From Acanthaster planci (lineage: Eukaryota): 64,000 bases of DNA. Positions 38,001 through 49,500 of this stretch are shown piece after piece. The notes under the pieces are model-generated. The model saw only the letters and a program-made list of their open reading frames with translations. It searched no databases and was not told the DNA's origin. The stretch lies in contig NW_019091361.1 in the NCBI RefSeq assembly GCF_001949145.1, positions 3,954,148 through 4,018,147 of the forward strand, written 5' to 3'. Every line of letters starts with the position of its first letter. Position 1 is the stretch's first letter. The position numbers and the translations under genes were made by a program.

Positions 38001-39229
38001 TAAACACTGTATACTCAGTCCGAGAGCTTGCGAAACAAAATTCACAAGCTTACTCGGGTGGGCCTCGAACCCACGACCTCCTGCTTACTAGTGCAGACGT
38101 CTTAACCACTTGACCACCAAGCTTCAATACTTGTCTGAAACGTCGAGTGAACCCCGGTTCTTCTCAGAACCACACACAGTCACAAAAGAGAAATATATCC
38201 ACATGGTGTCATCGCAAAATTGTCCATAGTAAGCTTCAATTCAATTCAATTCACATTTATTTCCATATTCGTACAAGAGACTTGGCAGAGTAGGTCACAA
38301 AAGAGTAAAACAGCTTGCCAAAGTCAGCTGGCCAGTCCGAGTCAGGTGTAGCAGCGGGTACCGCAAACAGGCTGGTTGGAAAGATTTCAACTTGGCCCAT
38401 AGCGTGAGCACATATGGGATGGCCGTATATTTCCAACAGAAATTGGTTATGCATACTTGGTGCATTCCATGCCATTGTGTGGAAGCCTGTGTGTGGGTCC
38501 TTTGTTTTCCCACCAGAGAGACGTCACTACTACATACACGTATGTAAAATCAAGTTATCTTCATTTCGTGCACAAATTGGACATCGAAACAGCAGCAAAG
38601 AGTACAGTATTCAGCTGAAACCATTTTTTTTTTCAAAGACACACCACAGACAAACCACAAGCTACAAATCTTCCTGACTTTTCTTTGAAGCCTGCAACAC
38701 ACACGCAAAGTTTTTGTTTACATTGATCCTGAGGCATTCTAGCTACGAGCCCTAATGAGGTCTTCCAAATCATCCACTCTGCTGGACACTCAAAGCACAT
38801 CTTCTGTACTCTTCGAACGGCATCAGGCTTCATGTAAAGCAACACCAACTGCAAAATTTTCTCTTAAATTTCCTGGTAGATGGTGAAGGAAGTACCTGTG
38901 TTACCATTTAGCAGCCCCAAGATTTGCAACCTTTGAGGTTTTCCCCTGAAAATGGGTTCATTGACAACAGAGCAAAAGGCCTATGTGCACACTTAACATA
39001 CTTTGAGTTCATTGTAGTCTCGGGTGAACGGCACCACTACCTCCCACAGGGAGGAAAAGATGACCAGTGCCGTGAACTCCAGCTTGTCATTGGCCGCCAC
39101 AAAGTCGAACAGGGCACTGAGCCCTGCCTCGGCCAGCTGCCGCCGGGTGATCGCCTCACCGCCGCCCTCGGCTGCCGCTACAGGTCGCGTCATCGAAAGC
39201 GAGACATCTAAGAGAATCACTGTTGGCAT
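31808..39229 (-). CDS. INTS14: Integrator complex subunit 14 (VWA9); join(39002..39229,37448..37555,36296..36806,35256..35421,34005..34138,33091..33215,32830..32895,31808..32032), about 520 aa
   Basis: MPTVILLDVSLSMTRPV (VWA MIDAS DxSxS), LEFTALVIFSSLWE, VILVTDG, PSFCVLLHGSLKIE, ADSKKKSNLMMSLFEPG, KRSYSQNPVVWIKP, ELNRLRRAAL...LERECT...AHPDAAMQLTHAA. Phases match; total 1563 nt. Confidence 0.96.
32830..32895 (-). CDS. INTS14: INTS14 coding exon 7
   Basis: catctag|ADIQKILRYARKLPEKTQVFYK|gtaatt. Confidence 0.95.
33091..33215 (-). CDS. INTS14: INTS14 coding exon 6
   Basis: taagcag|CA FANDPYGEDSASTKSPFPVRLQEKRSYSQNPVVWIKPTSLQ|gtaagt. Confidence 0.93.
33634..33807. other. Assembly gap (174 N) in an INTS14 intron
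   Basis: Run of N; the flanking exons join in phase, so no coding exon appears to be missing. Confidence 0.99.
34005..34138 (-). CDS. INTS14: INTS14 coding exon 5
   Basis: tcggcag|T ENWYGLLHSCADSKKKSNLMMSLFEPGDKAIPWLGRFHLLGPCS G|gtaatt. Confidence 0.95.
34748..35204. mobile_element. hAT-like MITE with CGAATA/TATTCG subterminal repeats
   Basis: Ends CAGGGCTGTGCCAAAT...AATTGGCTTAGCACTA; perfect 8-bp TSD CATAGTAG at 34740-34747 and 35205-35212. Confidence 0.88.
35256..35421 (-). CDS. INTS14: INTS14 coding exon 4
   Basis: cttccag|AA KSHAG...PSFCVLLHGSLKIENLVALVNV GG|gtgtgt. Confidence 0.92.
36296..36806 (-). CDS. INTS14: INTS14 coding exon 3 (ends at a GC donor)
   Basis: gggcag|VILVTDGSPGVG...SRHLVLPLATK G|gcaagc; 511 nt, phase 1. 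Confidence 0.92.
37448..37555 (-). CDS. INTS14: INTS14 coding exon 2
   Basis: ttctcag|KALYSVEIFDKTNLEGTLDGVRSVVGEEWGVTTTCQ|gtaaac. Confidence 0.94.
38002..38123 (-). mobile_element. tRNA-derived SINE
   Basis: Minus strand reads TGGTCAAGTGG (A box)...GGTTCGAGGCC (B box) with an 8-nt pseudo-anticodon loop and no clean acceptor stem, then a tRNA-unrelated tail. Confidence 0.8.
39002..39229 (-). CDS. INTS14: INTS14 first coding exon
   Basis: ATG at 39229, 7 nt after an acceptor (ttttgaag|ctccatcATG), so a 5' UTR exon lies upstream; donor AAA|gtatgt. Confidence 0.95.
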
Positions 39230-39637
39230 GATGGAGCTTCAAAAAAGGAAGAAAAATCTGAGTTACATGTGATGTTGAAACTCCTGAGCGCTTTGAGGGA
39301 GAGCAATGTAGGAAAACCGCAAAAAAAGGCAACATCTTTTTCTCCAAACGAGGAGAAGGTGAGTTTTCTACAATTAACAACCTAGCAGTTGGTTTACACC
39401 GTAAGTAGTGAACATACTGGTGCAATTTCAACTCATAAAATCAAGCGGATGTTTAGTTATGCCCCCGGATATCCCGGATAAATTCTTCAAAAGAAATCCC
39501 TGTGAATTGGGACAGGGCCCAGTATACGACGGAGGAATATTCGTCAGGCCCTGTTTATACTAGGTCTATGTCATAGCGTGCACAGGACATCAAGCATGTC
39601 AAGTGTTCTCTGTATATGGAACTCTTCCCAAACTTAC

Positions 39638-40135
39638 CAGCGCTTACAAGTAAAACATTAGGCCTAACTTGATTACATGTAGGTTTAGTGTGTCACTTGG
39701 GCCTTCGGCTTCATGTAATTTACATATTCATGACTTTCAACTTTGTACTGCAGGTTGCAGCACTCAAGAAATCCGCAGTTCAGGCTTCAGCACAATGAGA
39801 CTTCTTCCTAGCCTAGCCAGTAATAACATCCATAAGGCGTACATGAAATCGGTCGTGCATTACAGTCGACTTCTGGCCTGACTACGATTGCAGAAAGCAG
39901 GAATGAAGAAGCTGAACTGCTGTGCACGCCTAGATCACGGAGCATTTGCCTAGACGCAAGACCTAGTGGTAACACGCACGTTGGTCGAAGCTCGATCCCC
40001 AAAAGAGTGGCTGCGGCTGCAAAATAACACGTGTGGCTATAGAAGCCAATGTCACTTCCCGTAAAAACCTCATTCGTGTATGTAGTGCAACTGGCAGAAC
40101 AATAAGGCAATCTTCATTTATTTTGCGCCCTCTGT
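39638..40135 (-). promoter_or_regulatory. Probable INTS14 non-coding first exon and promoter
   Basis: Donor-like ctg|gtaagt near 39638; CpG-rich stretch; CCAAT, CACTTCC and GCGCCCTCT (40125) motifs at its upstream end. Confidence 0.45.
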
Positions 40136-41377
40136 TGATTGAATAGTTTTGTATGTACTACGCACACGGGATCTACAGGGTACCGGGTACTCCCGTTTGA
40201 GGTTCCAATGCGGGAAATGAAACAGGCAGCTGCGGATCCAAGGTTTTCAAGGGGGGGGGAGGCGGGGGGGGGCCGTGAAACAATAATTTTACTGTTGCAG
40301 CCGTAAAACTAGGGAGGTTGGGTAACCGAAGCAGAACTCTTGTTTTTTTATTACGCCTTTGCCACATTTTATGGGGTTGGGTCCGCCCCCCTCTTTTTTC
40401 TTCCTCCTCTCTCTTTTTATTTCTTTTTATCTATTTATTTATTTTATGAAGGGGGGGGGTGTTCCCCCAAGCCCGCTGGGTCTTGCCCTGACTGGAGTTG
40501 AATTGAAAAATTACTGGGAGTGTTTTATAGAGAAATATGAAGGATCCTTCAAAAATATTATTTCCAGAAAGGATTGTTTCCAAGCGGGTTTCAACTTTCA
40601 TGGACATGGTTTCTGCAAGCTGTACAAAGGCAACTGTGCATTGCTCCACGTGGTACCCATCTTACGGAAATGAGAAAGAGCAGATCGAGATGAGAGCTTT
40701 ACATGCAGATGAAAACTACCTTATCTTTTATATTTTTTAAAACTTAACTTGACATTGTACAACAAGGCCTTTCACTCAATCCAGAAGGCCTAGCAACTCA
40801 CGGCGCAGCCCATTCGTTTTGGTCCAATTAATTATTCGTAACTCCTAAAGGAGAGTCGGTTTGTGGACCCTCTTATAAAAGACACCATAAAGTCAACAAT
40901 TGCATCTGATCTTTATTTCGTTTTAGATTTAACCATGTAGAGAATGCACAGAAATGAAAACGTAAAAATGAATTGCATGCAAATAAACCTCGATCATATT
41001 TTTGAACGACGATGCACCATTAAGATGAAGGTTTAATCTTTGATTAATCTCTGAAACGACGTTAACTGATGAAATGAAATGTAATATGAAGAGTGTAAGC
41101 CTTAGGGAGCAAATTCAGTTATTTCGTGATCGGCTACTTTGGATACCATTTTTACGAATTATTGACCTACATCTACATTATTTTTAATTCACTGGGTAAA
41201 CATATTTTCTGTCAACCTATAAAGAAAAAGAATAGTAACTATCGAAGTGTGCCATTTATTTCTCAAATGGGTATATTAATGGGAATTATAAATTTAGATG
41301 AAACAAACATAATTATTTCTTTTCATCTGACAGAAAGCGTATGGATATTGTACGCTATTTCCAACTTGTAATTGTGC

Positions 41378-41553
41378 AATACGGGCAATTCACAATAGTG
41401 CGCCTCCAAGAGTTTGCAACACAGTGGCCAATCACAACGCACCAAATCCATCGACCCTTTCCAAACGCGCATTGGGTCGACAGATTTCGCACTTTGTGAT
41501 CGGCCAACGCGTCTCAAACACTTGGAGGCGTACTATTGTGAAACACCTGTATT
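41378..41553. mobile_element. About 176-bp foldback palindrome (MITE-like)
   Basis: Arms of about 80 bp: TTCACAATAGTGCGCCTCCAAG...TCGACCC / GGGTCGA...CTTGGAGGCGTACTATTGTGAA; mirrored peptides appear in the ORF track on both strands. Confidence 0.85.
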
Positions 41554-42919
41554 AAATGTGAGACCTCACAAAGAAAAAGTACATGTATATTCAAGATCCA
41601 ACTGCTCTGAGTGAGGCGGGCCACAGTGCCGGCGCCCACTGGATTATGTGTTGCTGATGGGGTAGCTTCGAGAGAACATAATATGAAAAGAGTAATAGCG
41701 CCCTCTAGGATTGTACTTAGGAATTTCAAATTATTTTATGACATTTTACAGCTGAGTTCGGGCGGCTTGCTCTCGTACATTCAAAAACAGCTTTGTTTAT
41801 TGTTCATGGGTGGGCCGCTCGAACGCCGGGAACGTGACCACCGGTTGTCGCTGGTAGTTAGTGACAAGCAACATGCATAATGACGGCGTTGATGTACATT
41901 ATTCGAGAGTTAATGTTTGGATAACTGGGTTGAATTCTTTTCTATTTAAACAGGAACATTCTTTTCTGTGGTATGGAAAATACTCGATGTTAATTTTGCA
42001 AAACTTTCTGTTGTCTCTGGCAAGCGGCCATCTCTCTACTGCAGCTGTTCAAAAATCAAAATCTCACGAGTTTTTCCGTGTGTTCCTGTAAAACCCTGAC
42101 GAGGGGGTGGCGTGTGATTCTGTTCCGAGAATTAAAACAGTGCTCTTGAGTCGTGTTCCCGCCGTTCGAGCGCGATAACAAGAAACCCGTGTCAAGAGCA
42201 GGCCCGGCGCCTGAACTCGACCTATGAGAACTGCCGCACACATTCTATACTATACGCATTCTATACGCCAATTGCAAAGTGCTTCTATGAGAAATGGAAA
42301 AACTTATTCCTTCTATCGACAACACTTGTAGAATTAATTTATTTGCTAATGGCTCTAGGTCTGTTCCAGCAGCGGCGTAGCCAGGGGAAGGTGTGTACGG
42401 TGTGTGGGTGTGTATGGTGGTGGTGGTGGTGGTGGGGGGGAGATTCCTTCCACTGCATGCCAGAAACTAACACTTACTTCTAAGATCAAGTCTGTCGTGC
42501 TTCCTGAGAAAGATTCTTCCTCTAGCAAAAGTCTTCTAACGCTCATCTCGGAAAACACCATGGGCATACGTAGTACAGCGTACAATCATACTAGAGCAGT
42601 TTTGCTCTAGTATGATAAACAATAACATGGGGGGGAGGGGCGGCGCGGGCTCACTATCTTTTCCAAGGGGGCACTAAAAAGCAAATGAAGTACAGCTTGA
42701 TCATAGGTTCTGTACATTGCACAGATTTAGGGGGGGGGGCGCTTAGGGGCAGCAGGAAGGCATTGGCTTCGGTTTGTGGCCCGCGCCTCCCTGCCCCCGA
42801 ACTACCGCCACTTGCTACACATCACCTGAAACTTCTTTCAGTGTCTACTCATAGCTCCATGGTCTGTTCGAGCAGTGGGCCTGTTTATAATAGTATTCTA
42901 TCCATAGTGTTCTATTCAG

Positions 42920-43843
42920 GCCGAATTCCACTGCTTGATGCGAGTAGTTTCACTGCTTGATGAGAGTTGTTGCACTGCGCAGTAAGAGTTGTTTGGCAGC
43001 GCAGTGAGTGTTGTTCAGCGGCGCAGTGTTGTTAAGGTTGCACTAATACGCGCCCTCTTATAACAATAACAGCGCAATCATATCCAAGAGAAAATGCGCC
43101 GTCTGGTGACGCCCAGGAAGATTATGGCCTCCTTGTTTCACTGGAAATTTAAAATTATGACCACTGGGACAATTTTCTTTTCAATGATTTCACGACGGAG
43201 GTATTTGTCTTGATTTTTTTCATTAAGAGAGAAAAAATATAAATTAATGACTCGGGGCAGGCGGTGATATGAACCTAAAAAGTAACTTTAAATGATCTTA
43301 AAGGGACTTTTGATCTTAAAATTTTCCTTTCGTTCTATTTTTAAATTTCAGTTTCTACTTAGAGAACACAAAATAGTTTCGTTACATTTAATGTGTGTGG
43401 GAATACATCGAGTCACCTGACTGTGATGTAGTTGAGATTTCCGGGAATGAGAAGTCAATTCTGACAAAATATTTCTCTTAAGTTGAGATAAGTTTTCAAT
43501 TTTTTTTTAAAAATTAATATGCCAGTAAAATATTTTAAAGTGGCATTTTCAGAGGTGGTTTAAAAGTTCTGAAATTCGAATGAAAATGAAAATGTTACAA
43601 TTTTTTTGTAAATCCTTTTCCCTACCCAAGAATTCCAGAAGCGGTTACTTTGAGAGGTCAACTTTCAGGTTATTTTTAAAATGGACTTGGTGAGCTCATG
43701 TGATCATTGGAGCCTATATCAGATCAGCCAAGCAACTCTTATCGCGCTGTGAGACTACTCGTGTCGTGCAGTGGAACAACTCTCATCGTGCAGTGAAACA
43801 GCATGCACAGTGCAACAACTCTCAACGCGCAGTGCAATGTGGC
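42920..43843. mobile_element. Non-autonomous DNA element, Harbinger-like, with about 21-bp subterminal repeats
   Basis: CAG|GCCGAATTCCACTGC...GCAGTGCAATGTGGC|CAG; CACTGCTTGATGAGAGTTGTT units at the left and their inverted counterparts (AACAACTCTCATCGTGCAGTG) at the right. Confidence 0.72.
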
Positions 43844-45439
43844 CAGGTTTATGGTTCTTCAATTTAATATCGATCCTTTTCTTTTCAGTTGTTGGTCCAA
43901 CTGGAATGCCTCCGGATCTCAATATGGATCTTTACAATTTTTCTTCAGGCAGGGCTGGATTACAATGGCGCAGACTATCATGGGCATCAATCGGTGGGGA
44001 CGGGGGGGGGGGCACATGTCCTAACACTTTTTAAGGTGGGAAGGGGACATCATATTTTGAACCCTCCACTTTTTTCGGGATCCCATATAAAACCATCTGG
44101 GGGAGCGGGCCTACATTTTATTAGAAACCATTTGAAAATGAAATAAGACTTGCAAAAGCATGTACTTAAAAATTACTCTCATGGGGACGGCCAGAACATC
44201 GTTGCAGAAACGTCGAGTTGATACTTATGAGATAGTTTCCATGGTGTACCCGCAAACCTACAGCTCATGTAACTTGCAAAGCTTCAAATCTTGATGGTCA
44301 TTTGCATAAATCGCCTCTGATCGCAACACAAAACATCTAGGATCAAAAGTCTCCCGAGGCGTTGATGCGTTTGGACTTTACGCTTCGAGTTCGTATCAGT
44401 TGTCCCCCCCCCCTTTTGACGCCTTGCATTATTATAATATACAGCACAGGGTATTACGTATGGCCTCGAGCTTGACCGAGAGAGGGCGCTGTTTCTTAGC
44501 TATGGAGGCTCCTTTGGTCGAAACTGAACTTCTGTGGTTCACAAACGAGGAAATGTAGCCTACGTGAGGTTCATACCAAGGTCGCTGCGCTGCCAACAAA
44601 TTGAACACTCCCGATCCCGACCAAGCGGCGGCTTTTTGATCGATGAGGGGTGCTTCTGCACCCGGCAGATAGCAATGTCGTTTTGATGGGGGGGGGGTAG
44701 TTTCTTTTGAAAAAGGAGATCATTTCGGCCCTGGAGTAGTGTGGTTGTTAATCTTTGCCAGGAATAACCCCCTGATTCTTTGGGCTTCACTCTGAGAGCA
44801 GAACGGATACAAAAATACGGTTTTAAAAATGCTCCTGAGTGCCCAAAAAGTTGAGGGATGCCATTTGAAAAATGGCAGCAAGCAGACTTCGGAAATATCA
44901 CTTTAGGGTGATTTTGTTTTCTGTGAATGTAAAACTGTTCCTTCTTCCATGATTGACCCACAAAAATTGAAAAAGTTAGGGACAAGACAATAATTTAACT
45001 TTCGTTTCAGAGCTCTCGGGGATGTTGGTATGCATGCTATACATGTATTGAGCCCTGAGCAATGATGATTTTACGGTTTTCAGTCGGGCTAGAATTGGTG
45101 GACCGCTCCCTAACAAACGTGCCAAAGCAAAGGCCCAGGTTTCGGGAATGCAGTGCAAGCACGGTCAAGGGTGGAGTACAGTACGAGGGAAGCGCGGGAC
45201 AAAGGATAGGGACAGATTTTCCACTATCCCAGTTGTTGTTACTATTCAATGCAAGATTTTGCAACTGTTTGGGTGTTGGTTGATTTTACATGCTTTGTTA
45301 AAATGTAAATATTTTGGCCTAGATCACGTGGACCACACAAGCTCGGTATCAGATCAGTATACTGTACATGTGCCCGCAGGTACAGAAAGTAATGGCAACG
45401 TGTAGTTCATTCTGGAGTCGTGCATCAAACCCATTCATC

Positions 45440-45594
45440 GCCAAACCCCACTACACGTTAGAAAGGCTCACCGTCACTAAGGGCAAAATGGCTGCGTTGT
45501 CCGACGCTTCAACAAAAGTATCACGTTATTTGGTCAAGGTTACGTGCTGCAACTTGCAAGTGCAACAAAAAGAACCGCACAAACTGACTGATTT
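45440..45594 (+). other. Probable first exon of an unidentified plus-strand gene (left boundary approximate)
   Basis: YY1-like AAAATGGCTGCG containing ATG 45488, CpG-rich context, strong donor TTT|gtaagt after 45594, followed by TAGGCC-rich DNA like that after UBE2Q exon 1. Confidence 0.55.
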
Positions 45595-47256
45595 GTAAGT
45601 TAACGCTTTGTTTTTGATATTTTAAGAAATACTTTTACTAAATTGTGGCTTAATTTATTTATTAAAATATTTTGGTCCTTGGGCCGCGCGCTTACCCTAG
45701 GCCCTAGTGTAGTGGTGCCGGTGCCTAACGTCGTAGTATTATGGAACTCACGTCACCCGGTAGCGGTCACTACACACGGAATGGTCACTTACTCCTTAGT
45801 AGGCCCATGCTCTATGCATGGAGGTAGAATCACCTCTATGCTCTATGGTAGGCCTAAGCTGGTAGGCCCTAGCATGGTTTTATTTCATTTGCATGGTCCC
45901 GCACTGCCACTTAACTGCAGGGACAGGACTTGGGCTGTATCATCAATAGGCCCTAGCTTTTTATAGGCCTAGGCCTACATGAATTATGAGAAGGCTCCTA
46001 CTACTTCATTTGTACTAGGCTAGGGAGGCTCATAAATTTTTCAACCAAGCCTAGCCTAATTTTTTTTTCTCTTGAAGTGATCTTGGAGAGGATGTCATAA
46101 GAAATATTTTGATGTAAGTTTGGAGTCCATCAGACACGGCAAAGCAAAGAAATACTGATTTAAAGCAGAGATATTTTGAGATTTTTGTATGTGTGTAGTG
46201 CACACAGTGTAGACTTTTACTGAAAAGCTAAAAATTTACATTTCCATAAAATGTTTGTTCTTAGGGACCTGGTGCCCATGGTGACTATACCGTCACACAC
46301 GCTAGACCTATCCCAAGTATAGTGGATGTTGTCTACATTGCATTGCGACTAACGTCCAGTGCATAAAGTCCTCCTGCCACAGTGAAATTTCTTTCAATGG
46401 TTTTTCTCACATTTTTACCTGGCGGCAGTAGCTCAAATGTCGTTCGTAAGTGCCTTGTATCCCGCAGGGGTGTGAGAAATAAGCTTTCTCTGATTTCAGC
46501 TTTTTTTGTTCAGACGTTGACCCTGAATTTCATCTTTTTTGTACACATGGTCTGTACAGACATGACAGAAGTACTGGATGTGAAATTTTTACATTTCAGC
46601 TTTTTGCTAGCTCTAAGCTGTTTTCAGCTTTAATTTGAAGTGGCCACTCTCACCCTTGATCCCAAATTCCATAAATGGTGTGTTGAAACTACTAAATACG
46701 CCTGCGGCTGACATATTTTGCAGGGAATTTAATGCAACTCCACGCTTTACGTTGTGATTCATGAACAAACTTTGTTTGTCTAATAGCAGGCAGTTGCGCA
46801 AGCATGTGCGAGAAGCTTAGCAACGGACTGCCTCTTACGCATGTCCGGAAGAGGTGTGGGTGTGAATAAGTCACAGATAACCAACAGAATGTGGGCGGAG
46901 CCTTAAAGTTAATGAAAATTGGCGGTTTTAGGGGCCAAGTTTTCTTTCTATGCGCGTATTTTGAGTACGGCACATGTGTTGTCCACACGTGTAAAAGAGG
47001 GACGGTTTGTTGCTATGCATTACGTGCATGTGCAACTGCGTACTATTAGACGAATGCACATTAGATCGTCACACAGTATTTGTGGAATTTGGGATACAAG
47101 GCTCTTGTGAACGACATTTGGGCTGTCTGTGCCTGGTAAAAATGGGAGAAAAAATTTTGAAAAAAAAATCCCCTATGGCAGGAGGACTTTATACCTTGGA
47201 AGTCAGTTGCAGTGTAACTGAAGACAACGTCCAACCTGGGCTAGGCCTTCCCCTAG

Positions 47257-48367
47257 TAATGATGTGCACGGGATTGGGTTGAGTAGGCCAACCCGACTGG
47301 AAACATTAAAGACATTTATAAACCGAATCAGACCTAAAAACCGATCTGAACTCTCCAAACCAACCCGACAAGAAATCAGAGCAAAAACCAACCCTAACCG
47401 ACAAAAACGTAACCGAACCCGAAAAAACCCAAACGTCTGGTTTAGGTTAATCATCCTTTATTTCATACAAATTGTATCTGTTTTGCACCTGAACTTATGC
47501 CAGTAGATGTACTTGTATGAATATACATGTACTTGTCAGACGTAGTCATGTTATCCCAAGTCCCAACGAGGTGACCTGCTCTATAAAGTTCCTGCATGTC
47601 TGCAAACCATGCACATTGTTCAGTATTCCAACTGTGCAATTGTACATTTCACGATTTTTCATCGTACATGTATGCGTGCAAGAGAATCGCTGGCACCAGG
47701 AAATATAAAGAAATCACCGTGTCCTGAAATAACCTTTTCAAAAAAGTTTGGACAGCAAATTATTTTCAGAAACTTTTATTTGAACAAGATTTGTAATTGT
47801 CTGTCAATTGCACAAAACATATACATGGTATACATGTCAGTGTGTGGAATCAGTTACTATAGACGTGTGTTCCTGTGTGTACATGGAACTTTTCTCTCTT
47901 TTACATGTATCTGCCTCGTTTTTCCCAAAGAAAAATTGTTCAATCTTCTTGTGAAAAATGTGCAGTTGGCTGAACTGGCTTGAATTTTGTGTGCTATGCG
48001 CTACCGCATTTCCGGTCTACTTAAATTTAGTCGTACAGTTTGTATTAATTTGCTTTTTTATTATGATGTGCTGCATTACTGCCGCTACAACCATACAAAT
48101 TTGGCTATGTAATCTGAAGCTTTAAAATGTAAATTCATCACTTGAATTTCTGGTATCAGTTTTTTTGGTTATTTTCAGTTTATTTTGTTTTTTACTGGTA
48201 CATGTATGGTAGCTTAACCAACCGACCTGACCCGACCCGAAAACCCCTTATGCAAAACTGACACCGGCCAGACCCGACTGAAATGTTGGAAAAACCAATC
48301 AAACCTGACCCGAAGTCGATTTTGGGCAGGGTTGGTTTCGGTTTTGGGTCCGTTATGCACAGCATTA
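47257..48367. mobile_element. hAT-like non-autonomous element with AACCG/ACCCG subterminal repeats
   Basis: Ends TAATGATGTGCA...TGCACAGCATTA; flanks TCCCCTAG / ACCCCTAA (6/8 match, decayed TSD); ACCCGA-rich blocks at both ends. Confidence 0.72.
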
Positions 48368-48507
48368 ACCCCTAACATGCCTAGGCTGTAGGCCTATCAT
48401 CTCAGAAATAACGAAACTTGAAAGGATAGGCCTACATATGTAGGCCCTAGTCTCACCTGCATGTATTACTACTAGTATAAGGAACCAAATGAATTGTGTT
48501 ATTAACA

Positions 48508-48732
48508 CTGGGTTTGCACGCCTCCTGGAAAACCTGGAAAATCCTGGGATTTTATACCCATCCTGGAAAGTCCTGGAAAATGCTTAACTTTTAAAAGACG
48601 TCCTGGAAATTCCTGGAAATTGCAGTAAAATAAATAGTAATTTTAAAATGAGACAAAAATGCTCTAATAAACTGTGACCGAAAATCCCGGAAAAGTCCTG
48701 GAATATTTTTTTCACAAGGTGCATGAACCTTG
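48508..48732. mobile_element. Decayed MITE with CCTGGAAA repeats
   Basis: Ends CTGGGTTTGCAC...GTGCATGAACCTTG; multiple (T)CCTGGAAA units; no TSD found. Confidence 0.5.
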
Positions 48733-49422
48733 TTGAGAGGTTTGGCTGCATGGTAGAAAGTTTAAGTGAAAGTCGAAGTGTGTTTCCAAAGAGGAGACTC
48801 TTTGTAGGCCTACTACTATAGGCCAAGGCTAGGCCTACTCCGAGAATTTTCTTGACTCCCCACGGACTTTGGAAAGTTTGTACACAACCACTGAAGTGGA
48901 GCCAGGCTGCAACATTCTTTCTGTAGGTACCCAAACACCTGTGGCTAAGCCCATGGATTGCATGTTACCATGATTCAATGTACATGTAGGAGAGAATGCA
49001 GACCATCACGATTATCAATTTTCGTAAAGCCTGATAAACGGATGCCCCTTGAGACCCTATGAACAAACTCTGTGACTGAGAATGGTTTGAAATAAAAGTA
49101 TTTTCGACTTAAATGTTTTCCCTTCAAAATTTGACTTTTTAATTCTAATTGCTTTTGAATGGCTGATAACTGGAAGGATAAATGAGTGGTGACAGTGTAT
49201 GTGGAATTTTTTTCTGACAACAAAATTAATTACTTGTTTGTCATTACTCAAAGCCAATTTTTTTCCGGGGGGAGGAGGACCTTTGATATTTGATATTAGT
49301 AGAGTTATGCTATTGGGAAAATGTTTAATAAGTCCGTGGTTTGTGGAGGTCAGACACAATTCACACTACAAGGGTCACACTACGGCTGCAAAGTATACAC
49401 GTAAATTGTGAATGAACAGCTT

Positions 49423-49500
49423 ATGACTGTAGAGCTATATACTTTGCGCAAAACAACCGCGGTAGTGAAGAGAAAGACACGAGACCATTTTTTGAAAGAG
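49423..49500 (+). CDS. Candidate alternative first or internal exon (MTVELYTLRKTTAVVKRKTRDHFLKE)
   Basis: ATG at 49423, open to the strong donor GAG|gtaaga in phase 0, in frame with the 63481 exon; no homology recognised. Confidence 0.3.

Noticed and set aside
38050..38123. Functional tRNA gene on the minus strand
   Set aside because: A and B boxes are present but the anticodon loop is 8 nt, the acceptor stem does not close and an unrelated tail follows; better explained as a SINE.
40231..40490. Poly-G/poly-C blocks (also near 5770-6000, 10550-10730, 11900-12100, 24370-24460, 42370-42810, 43950-44080) as functional G-quadruplex elements
   Set aside because: They share heads and tails such as GGCGGATCCA and TATCCGCCA typical of decayed MITE families; boundaries are too degraded to annotate.
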